Source: Meyerozyma guilliermondii (lineage: Eukaryota). Taken from it: 64,000 nucleotides of DNA. Numbering within the stretch: position 1 is the stretch's first letter; each line of letters opens with the position of its first letter. The DNA lies in assembly GCA_051546255.1 (NCBI GenBank), contig CP128815.1, positions 434,001 through 498,000 on the forward strand, read 5' to 3'. The position numbers and the translations under genes were made by a program. This document shows positions 32,801 through 43,383 of this stretch, in pieces. The notes beneath the pieces were generated by a model. It saw nothing but the letters and a program-made list of their open reading frames with translations. It made no database searches and had not been told where the DNA came from.

Positions 32801-33330
32801 ATTACGGCACCTTTGACCAGTGCCGTCTCGGTCGCAGGTAATGGTGAAATTTGGAACTTTTCATTTATGGAAGCCGCAAATTCATCTATGGCAGAAACGA
32901 GTGCCGGCGAGGTTCGGGGCAGCTGGCGTAATTGCTCGAGGCAATTGACCAACTTGGAAGCAATTGTGTTTGTATTGTCATTTTTCTCACTCTTTGCAAC
33001 ATTTGAACTCGAAATTTCATCGGCAATATATTTGATATCTTGAAGGTTTAGTCGTGGTCCCGCCTGCTGCAAGTATGTGGCGAAGAGATCGAGACAAGCA
33101 ATGTATACGGGAAGCGACTTCTGCGATGTGGTTTTAAGTTTAAGGTGTCGCAAGTAGGTGCGAGCATCGGTGATATTTTTCGTTGCAACGGCATGGAAAA
33201 AGTTGTTGACGATGTACCTGGTTTTGAACGACGGTCTCGATGGTGGCAGCGGAGTCAGAAGATGCAAATGGAGGTGTGGTTTGGGGGCGGTGGTCAAATA
33301 ACGATTGAGCCGAAATGGGCATCGGATCAT
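29896..33330 (-). CDS. T7/phage-type single-subunit RNA polymerase, RPO41-like but divergent
   Basis: Motif A DGSCNGLQHYAAL, motif B RKLIKQTVMTSVYG, PNFIHSLD, motif C VHDSFWTH, C-terminal SKYFFS; basic presequence-like N-terminus from MIRCPF. Confidence 0.92.
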   Translation of the reverse strand: MIRCPFRLNRYLTTAPKPHLHLHLLTPLPPSRPSFKTRYIVNNFFHAVATKNITDARTYLRHLKLKTTSQKSLPVYIACLDLFATYLQQAGPRLNLQDIKYIADEISSSNVAKSEKNDNTNTIASKLVNCLEQLRQLPRTSPALVSAIDEFAASINEKFQISPLPATETALVKGAVMNFKDLCDYISSTRFLKYGTEEPMYQIYQELSPAEKEQFMSEYLAHNTQRQLYVEAHCTSLVKRAVLKRNPHSLLIDMWTKELENAIAHSSDEVLHTYSGILELIPKPTICTVVVNTIHSLCVRADKGYAKLFRVVEKIVNSFNHLVISQPEFANFRKHFFTVFTKEDGIRLFSHLVKLAIENCTIPPQLVYKSFPKNTHYLLDSKGAFSKNQAFILLMIKSPDSTSYRQVGTIVPHPFLVYDFKGRQEMPETTSILLPMLVPARNWTSPDEGGYLGDLQPILHSDFTEKSLQYLRLANRTSQLQSTFKGLDYLGSQAWAVNLSMLEVFSSAMQRSDGMLNIVPPVSSMEVNIPPNPSRKDFGSETEYYIALKNVKKEREKRLQEFHNLKGLRVELETLLKAARAFGANGDMVYLPHQLDFRSRAYPMVSVLSHYQSDLVRSLLTFWHSKPLGPDGDKWLRYQLAAHYGMDKLSLDGRLKFVADNMETILKCAQNPFGEVWWQKAEKPWQTLAMCFEFAKLQKYIAEGKSVHDYPCRLPISLDGSCNGLQHYAALGADKLGAQSVNVMPSEKDNGVRQDVYSAVLEIVTQKVLKSEADEPNITSSLAKHLLSRKLIKQTVMTSVYGVTAFGAAAQIRNRISDVIDLADKLEPKIREEVKTHQNKIALYLSKMVLDSISELFSGARRLQDWLLLNCYRIISSWDEATLVSLESENIEVDFFLNKFYRPMMWTSVSGFPVVQIYLKPQRQILETSLQRFSLQKWTKPSPVDIQRQLNGVAPNFIHSLDSVHMFMTCLAAKAEDIAFVAVHDSFWTHSRDIERLSTIIREEFARLYSAPIVESLLEDMQNTVRNSYQLVWLENESNASLVRELVVLRGLKNRHTSSGTNRALRRELADNSQVEELLQKYKPKLYHQMAGKLMQYDDPTKVKNGSIGIKTWTPVFTRVRLLEAPQRGDLQIEDVIKSKYFFS

Positions 33331-33398
33331 GTAGGTAATATCGATGCAATGCAATGCGATGCGAAATGTCAAAATGCAGTTTTCGAGCGTGGTTTTAT

Positions 33399-34028
33399 TT
33401 AGTTATTTATCGACGTTTGGATGTTAAATGTCACTGCTGGAAACTGTGAGATCTCGGCACTAACTCCGCTTTCCACTCCAAAACTATAAAGTATACCCCT
33501 TATGACTCCACATGGATACCACAAATATGTGTGCGCTTTAGCTAACGTATCTGCAGTTCCCTTGGAGCTGCTTAGATGAGCTATCATTCTATGACCATTG
33601 TCTACAAGCACAAACGTTCCCCTGTGGTTCGTACGCAAGTTATCCATCTGCTTGCCGTACAACGCCTTCCATACATCGCGACAAACAAACTTCATTATGT
33701 CGAGAATATCCACCACTTTTCCACTGGACGGTCCAGAAAATGCTTTATATGCCAAAAGGTCGGCGAGCCGTATTCCAAGGTTATATCCACAGTTTTCTAT
33801 TCGGAGCGTCACATCATCACTATTAACGAGCTGTGAGTTGACCGCAGCCACCGAACCGGGAAAATCATTGGGAATCAGTGAAAGTTTCAGATCCACACGA
33901 GTAGCAATATCCGCGTCCGAATCACGCCCGGAAGTCTCCAGGAGCCTGCTGGACACACGGACCGCGGTGGGAACCAATTCCTGGACGAGAAAGTCTAAGC
34001 ATGCGGCATTGACGTTGGCGTCGTTCAT
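33399..34028 (-). CDS. TRS33: TRAPP complex subunit Trs33
   Basis: LDIMKFVCRDVW..LYGKQMDNLRTNHRGTFVLVD, PCGVIRGIL. Confidence 0.93.
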   Translation of the reverse strand: MNDANVNAACLDFLVQELVPTAVRVSSRLLETSGRDSDADIATRVDLKLSLIPNDFPGSVAAVNSQLVNSDDVTLRIENCGYNLGIRLADLLAYKAFSGPSSGKVVDILDIMKFVCRDVWKALYGKQMDNLRTNHRGTFVLVDNGHRMIAHLSSSKGTADTLAKAHTYLWYPCGVIRGILYSFGVESGVSAEISQFPAVTFNIQTSINN

Positions 34029-34586
34029 GGGGAGATAAGTGGGCAATTTCGAATCACATGTACTCTCACGTGATATGAGGCGCGTGACGTGAAGGCTGCA
34101 CGTGCTTGTGCGACGCACCGGCACGCCCGTTGGCCGGGTAATCCGCCCCCCAGCCCGCCCCACGCCAGCCCAAACGGTACTAGCGACCGGTCGCCAGCCA
34201 TTATAATTTTTTTGGTAGTGCGGACTGCACCGCAAATTTGGTGCGACAATTAAAAAATTAAAACCTTTGTGTCAAGGTGTATATACAGTCAACAGTCAGA
34301 AATCCTATTGCAAAACGCTTTGAACCATCATCAAGATCCGTGCTACCGACATCCTCAGTCCCCAAAGCTCATCCAATCCTCGTTTTTTCGCGTGTATCTT
34401 GCGTGCGAATCCTATTTTACTTGTTGCATTCGGTGTTGTTTTTGGGTCATAAATTGCCACAATTGTTTATAACCCAAACCTAATCAACCTACCGGTCATT
34501 GCTTCCTTATTGACCCTCCCCCAACCATTATATTTTAGCATCGACCTCCCGGTCGCATTTTGCATAACCACTGCATTGAACCCATA

Positions 34587-36356
34587 ATGACGTCCGAGGG
34601 ACCGTATTCCTTGGTGGCATCGAAGGGTTCACTCATGAACGAAGCGGCGTTTCCTCCACTTCCGTCGTCGTCGGCCCATGTTCCCCCTCCACTGCATCAG
34701 CCATCATCTCAACCCCACCAGCAACAGCAACAACAACCACCCCAACAACCCCAACCGCCTCAAAAGGGCCAATTGGGCCATATCGTTCTCAGTAATGTGC
34801 CATTGGATATCTCGCCTCGAGAAGCCGCCGCAATTTTTCTGTTGGTGTACGACGATGTAGAGTCCGTCGAGGTGTCTGAAGACCACAAGGTGCACGCCTG
34901 GTTTAAATCCGCCACCACCGCCGCTACAGCCGCACGCATGCTCGATGGCAGGGCTATTTTTGGCGCATCACTTGGTGCCATTCGAGCCGAATATGATGGG
35001 TCAATGGCTGCTAGCACCGCGACCTCCGGTGTTGGTTTGTCGTCCATGCTTGGCTCGTTGCGGTTATCCAATTCCGGCTTGCCGCCTCTCTCCATCCAAA
35101 CCAACCAACAACCCCAGCAGTTTGGTCCCGAGTCCAGCTCCGCGGCCCTGGCCGGTCCTCCTACCTCGGGCCACAGTTTCGAAGCATTCCCCAAACGCCT
35201 GAGCGTGGGAAACCAACGGTCTCGGTTTCTTTTCAGCGATCCGTTCACATCGGGCGCCCCTGCATCGGCATCTGGCGGTTCTGGACCGTCCATTGATCTT
35301 TCTGATATTACCGGAAAGTCGCTTTTGCTCATGGAGTCTCAAAGTGACGCTCGAGAATACGATAACCTTGTGCGCGATCCCTGGCTGGCGTCCGTGGGTA
35401 ACCTTCCTGCGGCCTCTGCGCCCCAGACTCCTGGAATGTCTTCGTCTTTTGACTGGACCTCCAACCCAGCGTCGTCTGACCGTCGGAGAACCTCGTCGGC
35501 TTTCTTCAGTGGCTCAAACAATATCCACCCTAACCTTTCTAATGGAGTCATACCAATGATGCAAGGACTTCCTTCGCAGTTTATGGATAATCAAAACTCT
35601 CAGGGCCAGTCCCCACAGAACCAAGGACCTGGTCAAAGTGTCAGCCAATCAGCGGGCGCTGCTTCCCAACCTTCTAAAAGCCAAGGAATGAACCCATCCC
35701 AACCACAAACCTCCACCGGTGGCCAGTCAGCACCTTCGTCATCTCAACAAAACCAAAGACAGCCTGCTGCCCCCACGCTATCCACCACGGGAACGCCTAC
35801 ATCTCAGCCTCAATCTCAATCTGGACAGTCTCTGCCTCCAGTGTCTGCTCAAGGTGCACAAACCAGTCTGGGACGCAAAGATGTTCCTGACTTGTCGCTC
35901 CTCGCCCGTGTACCGCCTCCAGCAAATCCCGCGGACCAAAACCCTCCATGCAATACTTTGTATGTTGGAAACCTTCCTCCAGACGCTACCGAAGCCGAAC
36001 TTCGGGCACTTTTCCTGCCCCAAAAAGGGTTCCGGCGTCTTTCATTCCGCACCAAAAACCAGTCTTCTGCTGGCCCCAGCAGTGCTACTAGTCATAATCA
36101 TGGGCCCATGTGCTTCGTTGAGTTTGAAGACGTCGCCCATGCAACCCGTGCTTTGGCGGAGTTGTATGGACGTGCACTTCCCCGTCCCAACGGAAGCAAT
36201 GGCAAAGGAGGAATTCGGTTATCATTTTCGAAAAATCCATTGGGAGTTCGTGGACCAGGAAACCCCCGTCGAAGTTCGGCTAATCAGGTACCAGGAACAG
36301 GTACATCTACCACCAATGCCAATGGCGTGAGCTATGGGTTCCAGTACCAGAAATAA
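34587..36356 (+). CDS. WHI3: Whi3-family RRM RNA-binding protein
   Basis: [22 protein letters not shown]...[10 protein letters not shown]...[11 protein letters not shown]...[19 protein letters not shown]-rich middle region. Confidence 0.9.
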   Translation: MTSEGPYSLVASKGSLMNEAAFPPLPSSSAHVPPPLHQPSSQPHQQQQQQPPQQPQPPQKGQLGHIVLSNVPLDISPREAAAIFLLVYDDVESVEVSEDHKVHAWFKSATTAATAARMLDGRAIFGASLGAIRAEYDGSMAASTATSGVGLSSMLGSLRLSNSGLPPLSIQTNQQPQQFGPESSSAALAGPPTSGHSFEAFPKRLSVGNQRSRFLFSDPFTSGAPASASGGSGPSIDLSDITGKSLLLMESQSDAREYDNLVRDPWLASVGNLPAASAPQTPGMSSSFDWTSNPASSDRRRTSSAFFSGSNNIHPNLSNGVIPMMQGLPSQFMDNQNSQGQSPQNQGPGQSVSQSAGAASQPSKSQGMNPSQPQTSTGGQSAPSSSQQNQRQPAAPTLSTTGTPTSQPQSQSGQSLPPVSAQGAQTSLGRKDVPDLSLLARVPPPANPADQNPPCNTLYVGNLPPDATEAELRALFLPQKGFRRLSFRTKNQSSAGPSSATSHNHGPMCFVEFEDVAHATRALAELYGRALPRPNGSNGKGGIRLSFSKNPLGVRGPGNPRRSSANQVPGTGTSTTNANGVSYGFQYQK

Positions 36357-36947
36357 AATAAGAACTCGGCAGTTAATTTCAATTTGTTGCTTAGTGTGTA
36401 ATTTAAGTGTGTATTATATGAGATCAACTAATTCATGTATAACGGAGACTCAATGTAGGTCAAAAGTACAAGATGAGTGGTCATTGATCAAAAAAGTTTG
36501 TTCAAATCTATTAACTAGCTTTTAGCCAAATTCACGACTTGACTTCGAAGATGCTACGAAACTAGAAGCCAAAAACAAAAACTTCATCTCAACTTTAGGC
36601 TTGAAACAAAATGAACTGACAAATAATATTAGAGGGCCCGGCGATACTTTATAAGCTTCGTATATACATTTATACATATGAACCTAGCTTCATTAACCTA
36701 AGATTCTGCAATTTATCAGTTTATGCCTTTCATATTCGTCAACCATAGACTTCAAATTAATGAAATTATACCTTGTCATTAATCTTAAAATACAATTCTC
36801 CATGACAGCTGTATCTTCTTTCATAACCCAAAATCTCAAGACTTACCAAAACCACATTCTTCTCATAACTCATAACAGTGAAAAGAGAAAAGACTTCATG
36901 TCATGACTCTTCACTCACAATTTCCAAACCATATATTGTCACCAGAT

Positions 36948-38138
36948 TCAACTGTACCTTCGTTCGTTAACTCGTAGCAAGTCTCCGGGCTTGGCCCACA
37001 CTTGTGTCAACCACTGAGACTTCAACAACTCATTGCACCCTAGACGTTTGTTATTGTCTGGGTGAAGAAGTTTAAGAAGTTCCACTCTGGCATCGTAATG
37101 AAGCTTGCGAAACACCCCCAAAGCAGGATTGGGCTTGGTACTGAAAGTTTTATCGTCCATTTGCTGGGCAACGTCAACCAAATGTCGTTGGTTCATAGGG
37201 TATAGTTCCGCGTACTTGACGTAATTTTTGTTGTCGGTGGTGGCATTGGTCCATGGAACTGTCATAATGGAGATGTTAAAGTAGAAAATGCCTAGCGACC
37301 AGCAATCGAGTGATTTGAAGTTAATATTCGTTCGAATCTCCAACATGGTATCTTTCTCGCAGTCGGCAGAATCCAATGCGGCTTCGAATTTGAAGAGTTC
37401 TGGTGCTTTGAAAGAGTTGGTTCCACAGCATACGGACTGTCGGGTTGCGAGAACCAGGTTCCAGAGCTCCTCGGGGTCGGAATTTAGATCGAGCGAGTAA
37501 CCGAAATCGGAGATTTTGATGCATCCTTCATCGTCGATGAGACAATTTTCCGGCTTCAAATCTCGATGAACAATATTTTTCGAATGAAGAAATGCGGTGC
37601 CGCGAACAATCTGCTTGAATATGGCGTCTCGGAGGTTTCCTGGAATATCGTTTTTGTTTCGGCGAACTTCGGAGAGAAATCCCAAAAGATCGCCCTGGGC
37701 AAAGTACGGTAATACGATAGCCAAAGTGCCATCATTCGGGTCCTGTGCCAACGCCACCGCCACACACACGTTCTTGTGGTGTCCACGTTTCATATTGAAG
37801 TACTCTCGTAACACCTGGTCATGGTAAGTTTGGAGATTTTCAGACTCCGGTCGCTTGAGATATTTGATGACAAAAGTGCCCACTTTTTTTGCATCCGTGG
37901 CCTTGTAAAGCACGCCACAAGCACCTTCATACAAAGGCTTGGTCGAGAGCTTCACGTAGTCCTTGCCAATGGCCACCATGTCGTCCATAGCGTCACCGGC
38001 GTCACTTTTCGTGGGCAGCGACATCGTCATCGGATCCGAAACCGGACTCATTGGGTCGATATCGAGCCCAGAACCATTCCTGGAGATCCTCGGGGACACC
38101 ACAGGCGTTTCCGGCAGCTTACACGAGTTCAGCAACAT
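36948..38138 (-). CDS. Ser/Thr protein kinase, NPR/HAL-like
   Basis: [32 protein letters not shown]; degenerate Gly loop. Confidence 0.9.
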   Translation of the reverse strand: MLLNSCKLPETPVVSPRISRNGSGLDIDPMSPVSDPMTMSLPTKSDAGDAMDDMVAIGKDYVKLSTKPLYEGACGVLYKATDAKKVGTFVIKYLKRPESENLQTYHDQVLREYFNMKRGHHKNVCVAVALAQDPNDGTLAIVLPYFAQGDLLGFLSEVRRNKNDIPGNLRDAIFKQIVRGTAFLHSKNIVHRDLKPENCLIDDEGCIKISDFGYSLDLNSDPEELWNLVLATRQSVCCGTNSFKAPELFKFEAALDSADCEKDTMLEIRTNINFKSLDCWSLGIFYFNISIMTVPWTNATTDNKNYVKYAELYPMNQRHLVDVAQQMDDKTFSTKPNPALGVFRKLHYDARVELLKLLHPDNNKRLGCNELLKSQWLTQVWAKPGDLLRVNERRYS

Positions 38139-38766
38139 TTTTTGACGGACATTGGTCAACCATCAACTGGCAAAGTTTATCAAGTGAGCGGGGCAAGACT
38201 CCCGTGCACCGGCGCGACAGATCGGCCGGCCGGTTGCGACCCCGATCCTGCACCGCAGTCAGCCGCGCGGTGCATCGACGTTCATTGCGGCGGGGCTTGG
38301 CTAGTCACGGCAACAGCAACGGCTGCGAAAATCTATGGTCACGGCGAGGCTGTGAACAGGCTATATAAGGCAGGAGAAGATGTTTGCAAGTGTTTGACAA
38401 CATCGATATCCGTGAGAAACAAAGAGCAAATTTGCAAAGAAATTAAAAATTAAAGGGTCCCTCAATTAGCTCGATTAGGACCAAAACAAACAGACAGCAA
38501 TCTATCTGAAATCAGGTACATAAGGTGAGGCTCGGTCACAGACTCAGAAAAAGTCATAAGACAGAGACAGAAAAAGTTTGTTATTAATCTAGCCAGTTCA
38601 AGGTTCCTAACAGTCATCAGTAATCGTATCAGTCTGAGAACTGTCACATTAAAAGAAAAAGAGTTTTGCGACAGAATTAACAGTCACTTCACTCACAGTC
38701 ATTCAGTCTCATTAGCAGTCACTTCCTATCTCATTTAGCAGTCTTTCACAGCCACTTAGTACCGTT

Positions 38767-39561
38767 ATGCTCAGACGAATCTTCACCATCGTGCCCTTGA
38801 TCCTCCTCTTGGGCTCGACATTGCTTCTTGTTTTCATGAACATTGTGGGTGCCAACAACTCATCTATTCTTGGTGACTTCTACTGGTCTGAAGCCGAAAC
38901 CAGCTCCATCTCCAAGGCCAACTTTCCAAAGACAAGATGGACTTCTTACAATATGTGTGGAGTCAAAGACGGTCGCAATTCCAACTGTTTGTCGGCTGCT
39001 CCAGCTTACCCTTTCTCGCCTCAAGACAACTTTTCCACCAAACAGGGCATTCCAAAGTCGTTTGTTTCTCATAGAGACACCTACTACTACTTGACTCGGT
39101 TCTCATATGTGTTCTTCCTTATTGGTATTTTCTTCACCGTGGTGGCATTGATTCCCGTTGCGCTTTCGATTTGTCTTTCTGGCTTCGTTTCCGGAATTCT
39201 TTCGTCATTGGCCGTTGGTCTTGCCTTATTGTTCGTGGCAGCCGGTGCATCAGTGATGACTGCTGCTCACGTTAAGGGAAGAAATGCGTTCAGAGACGCA
39301 GGAATGTCTGCAAACCTCGGCGTCAAGATGTTTGCCATTACTTGGGCAGCAGTAGCTTGCTTGCTTTTGAGTTTTATTTTCATGTGTGTGGTGAGTGGAA
39401 CAGCTGGTGCTCGCAAAGTGCAAAAGAGAACAGAACCTTATGAAGACAAGCCAGCACGCTCTACTTCGTCTTCGTCTTTTGACCGTACGGCAGTAGAGCC
39501 CTACGGCTCACAGCAGGCTCAGCCAAAGCACTTTTTCAAGTTTCGCCGTAACGAAGTTTAG
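38767..39561 (+). CDS. SUR7/PalI family tetraspan membrane protein
   Basis: TRWT.YNMC......NC....PAYPFSPQDNF, YYYLTRFSY; 4 TM segments. Confidence 0.9.
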   Translation: MLRRIFTIVPLILLLGSTLLLVFMNIVGANNSSILGDFYWSEAETSSISKANFPKTRWTSYNMCGVKDGRNSNCLSAAPAYPFSPQDNFSTKQGIPKSFVSHRDTYYYLTRFSYVFFLIGIFFTVVALIPVALSICLSGFVSGILSSLAVGLALLFVAAGASVMTAAHVKGRNAFRDAGMSANLGVKMFAITWAAVACLLLSFIFMCVVSGTAGARKVQKRTEPYEDKPARSTSSSSFDRTAVEPYGSQQAQPKHFFKFRRNEV

Positions 39562-39723
39562 GTGAGAGAGAAAGAGAACAAGAGAAAAGAGAAGAGAGTT
39601 GATAATTTTCAACTAGTTGAACAAGTTTATTAATAAAAGCCACAAAGCCCGAAGTCAATCTGAAGAAGGTGAATAATGAAGTCCTGCCAGTATATCAGTG
39701 ATACCTGTTTAGTCAATAAGAAA

Positions 39724-40392
39724 CTACATAATTGGTTGGAAGAACCAGTAAGTCAAGAATCTGGAGTTTTTCTTTGCATCTCTCTTTTCCACTTCATTAC
39801 CTCCCTCTCTTTTCATAATTGGTTGAAAGAACCAGTAGGTCAAAAATCTAGAGTTTTTCTTGGCTTCTCTCTTGACCATCTCGTCTCCAGCAACGATATC
39901 TTCTTCTCTCTTCATAATTGGCTGGAAGAACCAGTAGGTCAAAAATCTGGAATTTTTCTTAGCTTCTCTCTTCACTACTTCCGAGGTCTCTTCCTCTCCT
40001 CTCTTCATAATTGGTTGGAAAAACCAATAAGTCAAAAATCTCGAGTTCTTCTTGTCTTCTCTCTTCTCAAGGCTCGACTCAGGCACCAAGTTTTCAATGG
40101 GAAAGCTTTCCCGCTTCATATACTGAGCAGCATTGAATTCGTAGCCGGTTGCAACTTCACCAAGCTCACGTTTTTCTGGACTTTCCTCCTTAACGGTGGT
40201 GTTCACAAGGAAAAGGGTGATAGTTCCACTGTTGTTGAGGTAAATTGGAGCATTGGTTTCGTCAATAGTCACAATTTGGTTGACAGCACTCTTTGGGAAG
40301 GGAACTGGAATCTTATCAGATGCTGCAGCAAGAGGTGCGGCGGCAGCGTAGGTTGCAAATAAAGTAGAAACGAAGGCAGTTGAGAACTTCAT
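39724..40392 (-). CDS. MFalpha: Alpha-factor pheromone precursor with 4 copies of KKNSRFLTYWFFQPIM
   Basis: Signal peptide MKFSTAF...AAAAP, pro region, KR Kex2 sites with EA/DA spacers, four identical 16-aa peptides. Confidence 0.97.
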   Translation of the reverse strand: MKFSTAFVSTLFATYAAAAPLAAASDKIPVPFPKSAVNQIVTIDETNAPIYLNNSGTITLFLVNTTVKEESPEKRELGEVATGYEFNAAQYMKRESFPIENLVPESSLEKREDKKNSRFLTYWFFQPIMKRGEEETSEVVKREAKKNSRFLTYWFFQPIMKREEDIVAGDEMVKREAKKNSRFLTYWFFQPIMKREGGNEVEKRDAKKNSRFLTYWFFQPIM

Positions 40393-40678
40393 GTTGTTGG
40401 ATGATGATGTTATGAGTCGGAACCATGCCTCTTTATAGTTTTCGAAGCTCGGATCAAGTTTGGGACCACTTCTTTCTCCATTCAACTTGCATGAGAAATA
40501 TGCACATTCGATGCGGCAGACGACCCTTTCGCAGCCAAATCGGGCAACTAGATGGTGCCCGGAGATACACAAGGGAGGGCATATAGAGCTGACGGCAACC
40601 CACGGGCAGGCCACGGGCAAACCCGAAACAGCCATATAGGGGAGAGTGGGCGGAAAAGCGGAGGAGATAAAATGCGGA

Positions 40679-40685
40679 TGAAACA
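40679..40685 (+). promoter_or_regulatory. Possible Ste12/Cph1 pheromone-response element TGAAACA
   Basis: Exact 7-mer about 290 bp upstream of MFalpha; a motif this short can occur by chance. Confidence 0.35.
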
Positions 40686-42344
40686 GAAAGGCGGTTCAAG
40701 GACGAAAAGGGAAAGTCAAGAAAAGAAAGAGAAGGCATAGCTGCAGAACCTCGGGTTTAGGTGAAGCATGGAACGATATTCCGAGTGGTATTATGCACAA
40801 ATGTAAAGGGGAAAAGACAAAATGTGGATAGTGGTAGACAAGTGGTAGACAAGTAATGAAAAAATAATGAAAAATTTTTTAAAATGAAAAAATTAGAAAA
40901 ACACGGGTAAGCCTTGATTCAGTCTTGATTCCGTCACCACTGATAGTCACCTCTTCAGGTACGGGTCCTTAAGATGTTAACATACGGTCTGGGTAGTTTT
41001 TAACTAGTCCTCTCCGCAGCCACGGCACCTGCATAAAGCGGCTTCACATACTACTGGATTGCAAAGTTGACCTAAAAATAGCTGATAGTGTATGGCTCAT
41101 GGAAGAGATGGGTTCGACAAGATGAGCTAACATGATGCCTCAACAGTTAGGTAAAATCATTTGTGATTGTACAACATTGACATTTAGCCGATCATATAAG
41201 ACTATCGCATTGATGAAGAAATATGGTTGATTATTACCGAAAATCTTGAGATAAACGATGGAGTCTTGAAGATCAGGAAATAATGATTCCTCTTCCGAGT
41301 TGAAGTGAAGATTCTAGTTGATTTTTAAGAGTCAATTCCGATAAAGCTCTATACTTGTCTTAGACAGCCAAAGAGTACCAGAGAAGTTTTACCGACTTAA
41401 GCGGTTTCTCCTTTAGAGAGAATACTTCGAGGCAAGAATATAATGTCAGGTTGCAAAAAGGTAAGAGAGAACCTCCACTACAAGAACCAATGCAGGAACA
41501 AAAATAAGAAAATATGTGGTGATCGTTCAAACTGCCAACATCCTTGAAGCTAGAATAGACCAATTTGGGAATAAAGGAGTATGCTCTAAAGTTTATAATC
41601 ACTACAATTACCCCAGTGCTCTTCACAATTACTTGGAACTAAAAAATCCAGACACCCCAAGACATATATCCATTGAAATGATCAATACGTGTGTCGGGTC
41701 AGTAGTGCGCACATTTGTATAATGTCCAAAACTTTGCTAGTTAAAGCACATGCGCGCAACCGGGACTACATTGTGTATATTGTTTGAATTATGTTCACCT
41801 TGACGGATAACTAGTGTAAATCATTTTACACAACTTGAGGGTTCAAAAGCCAGCGGGAGCCCTGGGAATTCTGCAGAAGCTCAAGGGCGTTTCTGCAAAA
41901 TGTTCTCGCTCTAGCTCAAACTTGATTTACTTAGCGATATTCGTAACAATTTTCCAATTTTGCAATTTTTGAAAAATACAATTTTTATAATATAATTGAG
42001 CCCAGAGAAAAGGAAAGGGTATAGAAGAAATAGAACCCAACAAGATAGGCTGAACAATTAGGCAATATGATCATCTGCAATTGCACAACCTTGACATTCA
42101 ACCTATTATATACCTTAAATGCAGTGCGGAATACTGCTAAACAAACAAAGTTCAAAATGAGACTGAGATCGACGAAATTAGGATGCGTGATGCTACACGA
42201 TTCATACATCAAAATGTACTATTCCTCGTCGCCATACGTGAATTGAAGCCTTCTATAACATGACAATAACCTGATAACATAATAACAAGCTTAGTATTAC
42301 CTCATCATTCATGGGTTCAAAACTAGTTCAATTTTGACACAAAT

Positions 42345-42765
42345 TTTTTCAATATTGATCGGAGCGCTTCAAGATTGTAGCGGGCTAGAGAGCTCATGTG
42401 AACTAAATGGGTATTGTGCTCAATTTTGTTATACGATGATTTGCGGCTCCGGAAATTTGACATTTAGCCGCGACGACGGCTCGATCAAAACACTCAAAAT
42501 TGGTCCGGGCACTCCACAATTGTAGCGGCCGATAGAGCTCACGTGAACTAGATGGGCACTCCAGTCCATTTTGTTCTACGATGATTTGCGGCTCCGGAAA
42601 CTTGACATTTAGTCGAAAAAACGAGTTGATAAAAACTCTCAAATTGATCGGGACGCTCCAAGATTGGAGCGGCCGATAGAGTTCGGCTGACCTAGTTGGT
42701 CAATGTGACGCATGTTGTATCTTCATGTTTTGCGGCTCCGGAAAGTTGACATTTAGTCGAAATCG
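42345..42765. repeat. Three diverged tandem repeats of ~145 bp
   Basis: TGCGGCTCCGGAAAnTTGACATTTAG at 42442, 42587 and 42731; further shared blocks (ATTG.AGCGG..., AGAG.TC...GA.CTA). Confidence 0.92.
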
Positions 42766-43342
42766 GGGTCGCTTATGTCAGCTCGACCCTCATTTTAGTC
42801 AGCGAACCAAGGTCGAAACTTTATTTAGTATGGTAAATTCGTACTACAGTGCGAGGCAATACCTAGCTTTATCAGCTGTGGTCCGGTAGAAGACTGGGAC
42901 CAACGTAAGCGGGATGTTAATTATAGAAGTTAGTTGTCAGGGATTTCGAATAAGATACCACATATGTGCAGTATCTTTACTTTTAGGCTACAGAGGTTAT
43001 TTCACGGTCCGGTTCATTTGACCGTTTCCATTCTTAATCCCATTGACTTCCCCTTTTTTACGATTCTTTACTTTAGGTAGTTTTTACTTAGCTTGAGGTC
43101 TCGTAAACATGCTTTTAACAATCGATTCAGTGGAAGGTTAGAGTCAAGTTTCATATTCTCCGAAAATCTTTCAACTCTCTCAAATATTGCAAAAGACATA
43201 TATCAGAGTATAGTCTCTGGTATGAATACTCATCCTACCAAAGGTAACTGTAGTGTAAATGGCTATTGGCATTTTTAAGAGAAAAGTGGGAGGAAATTTT
43301 GATTATAGCGCGCGGCTGCAAACTTTTGCGCGCATGCATCTA

Positions 43343-43383
43343 GAAAAGTGGGACAGATTAACTGTTTATATGTCCCACTTTTC
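43343..43383. repeat. Perfect 13-bp inverted repeat GAAAAGTGGGACA / TGTCCCACTTTTC with a 15-nt spacer
   Basis: Read directly; related sites at 43281-43291 and 43431-43439. Confidence 0.9.

Noticed and set aside
39727..40055. Repeat-spacer pattern resembling a CRISPR array
   Set aside because: Eukaryotic coding repeats of the pheromone peptide; no cas genes.
39676..40362. 228-aa + strand repetitive ORF
   Set aside because: Antisense of the MFalpha repeats.
41050..41722. Short ORFs and coding-like fragments in the gap (similarly 44540-45150)
   Set aside because: Fragmented, no ATG-led ORF of useful length and no motif recognised.
42914..43120. TGTTA...TAACA segment as a possible solo LTR
   Set aside because: No target-site duplication, and it is short.
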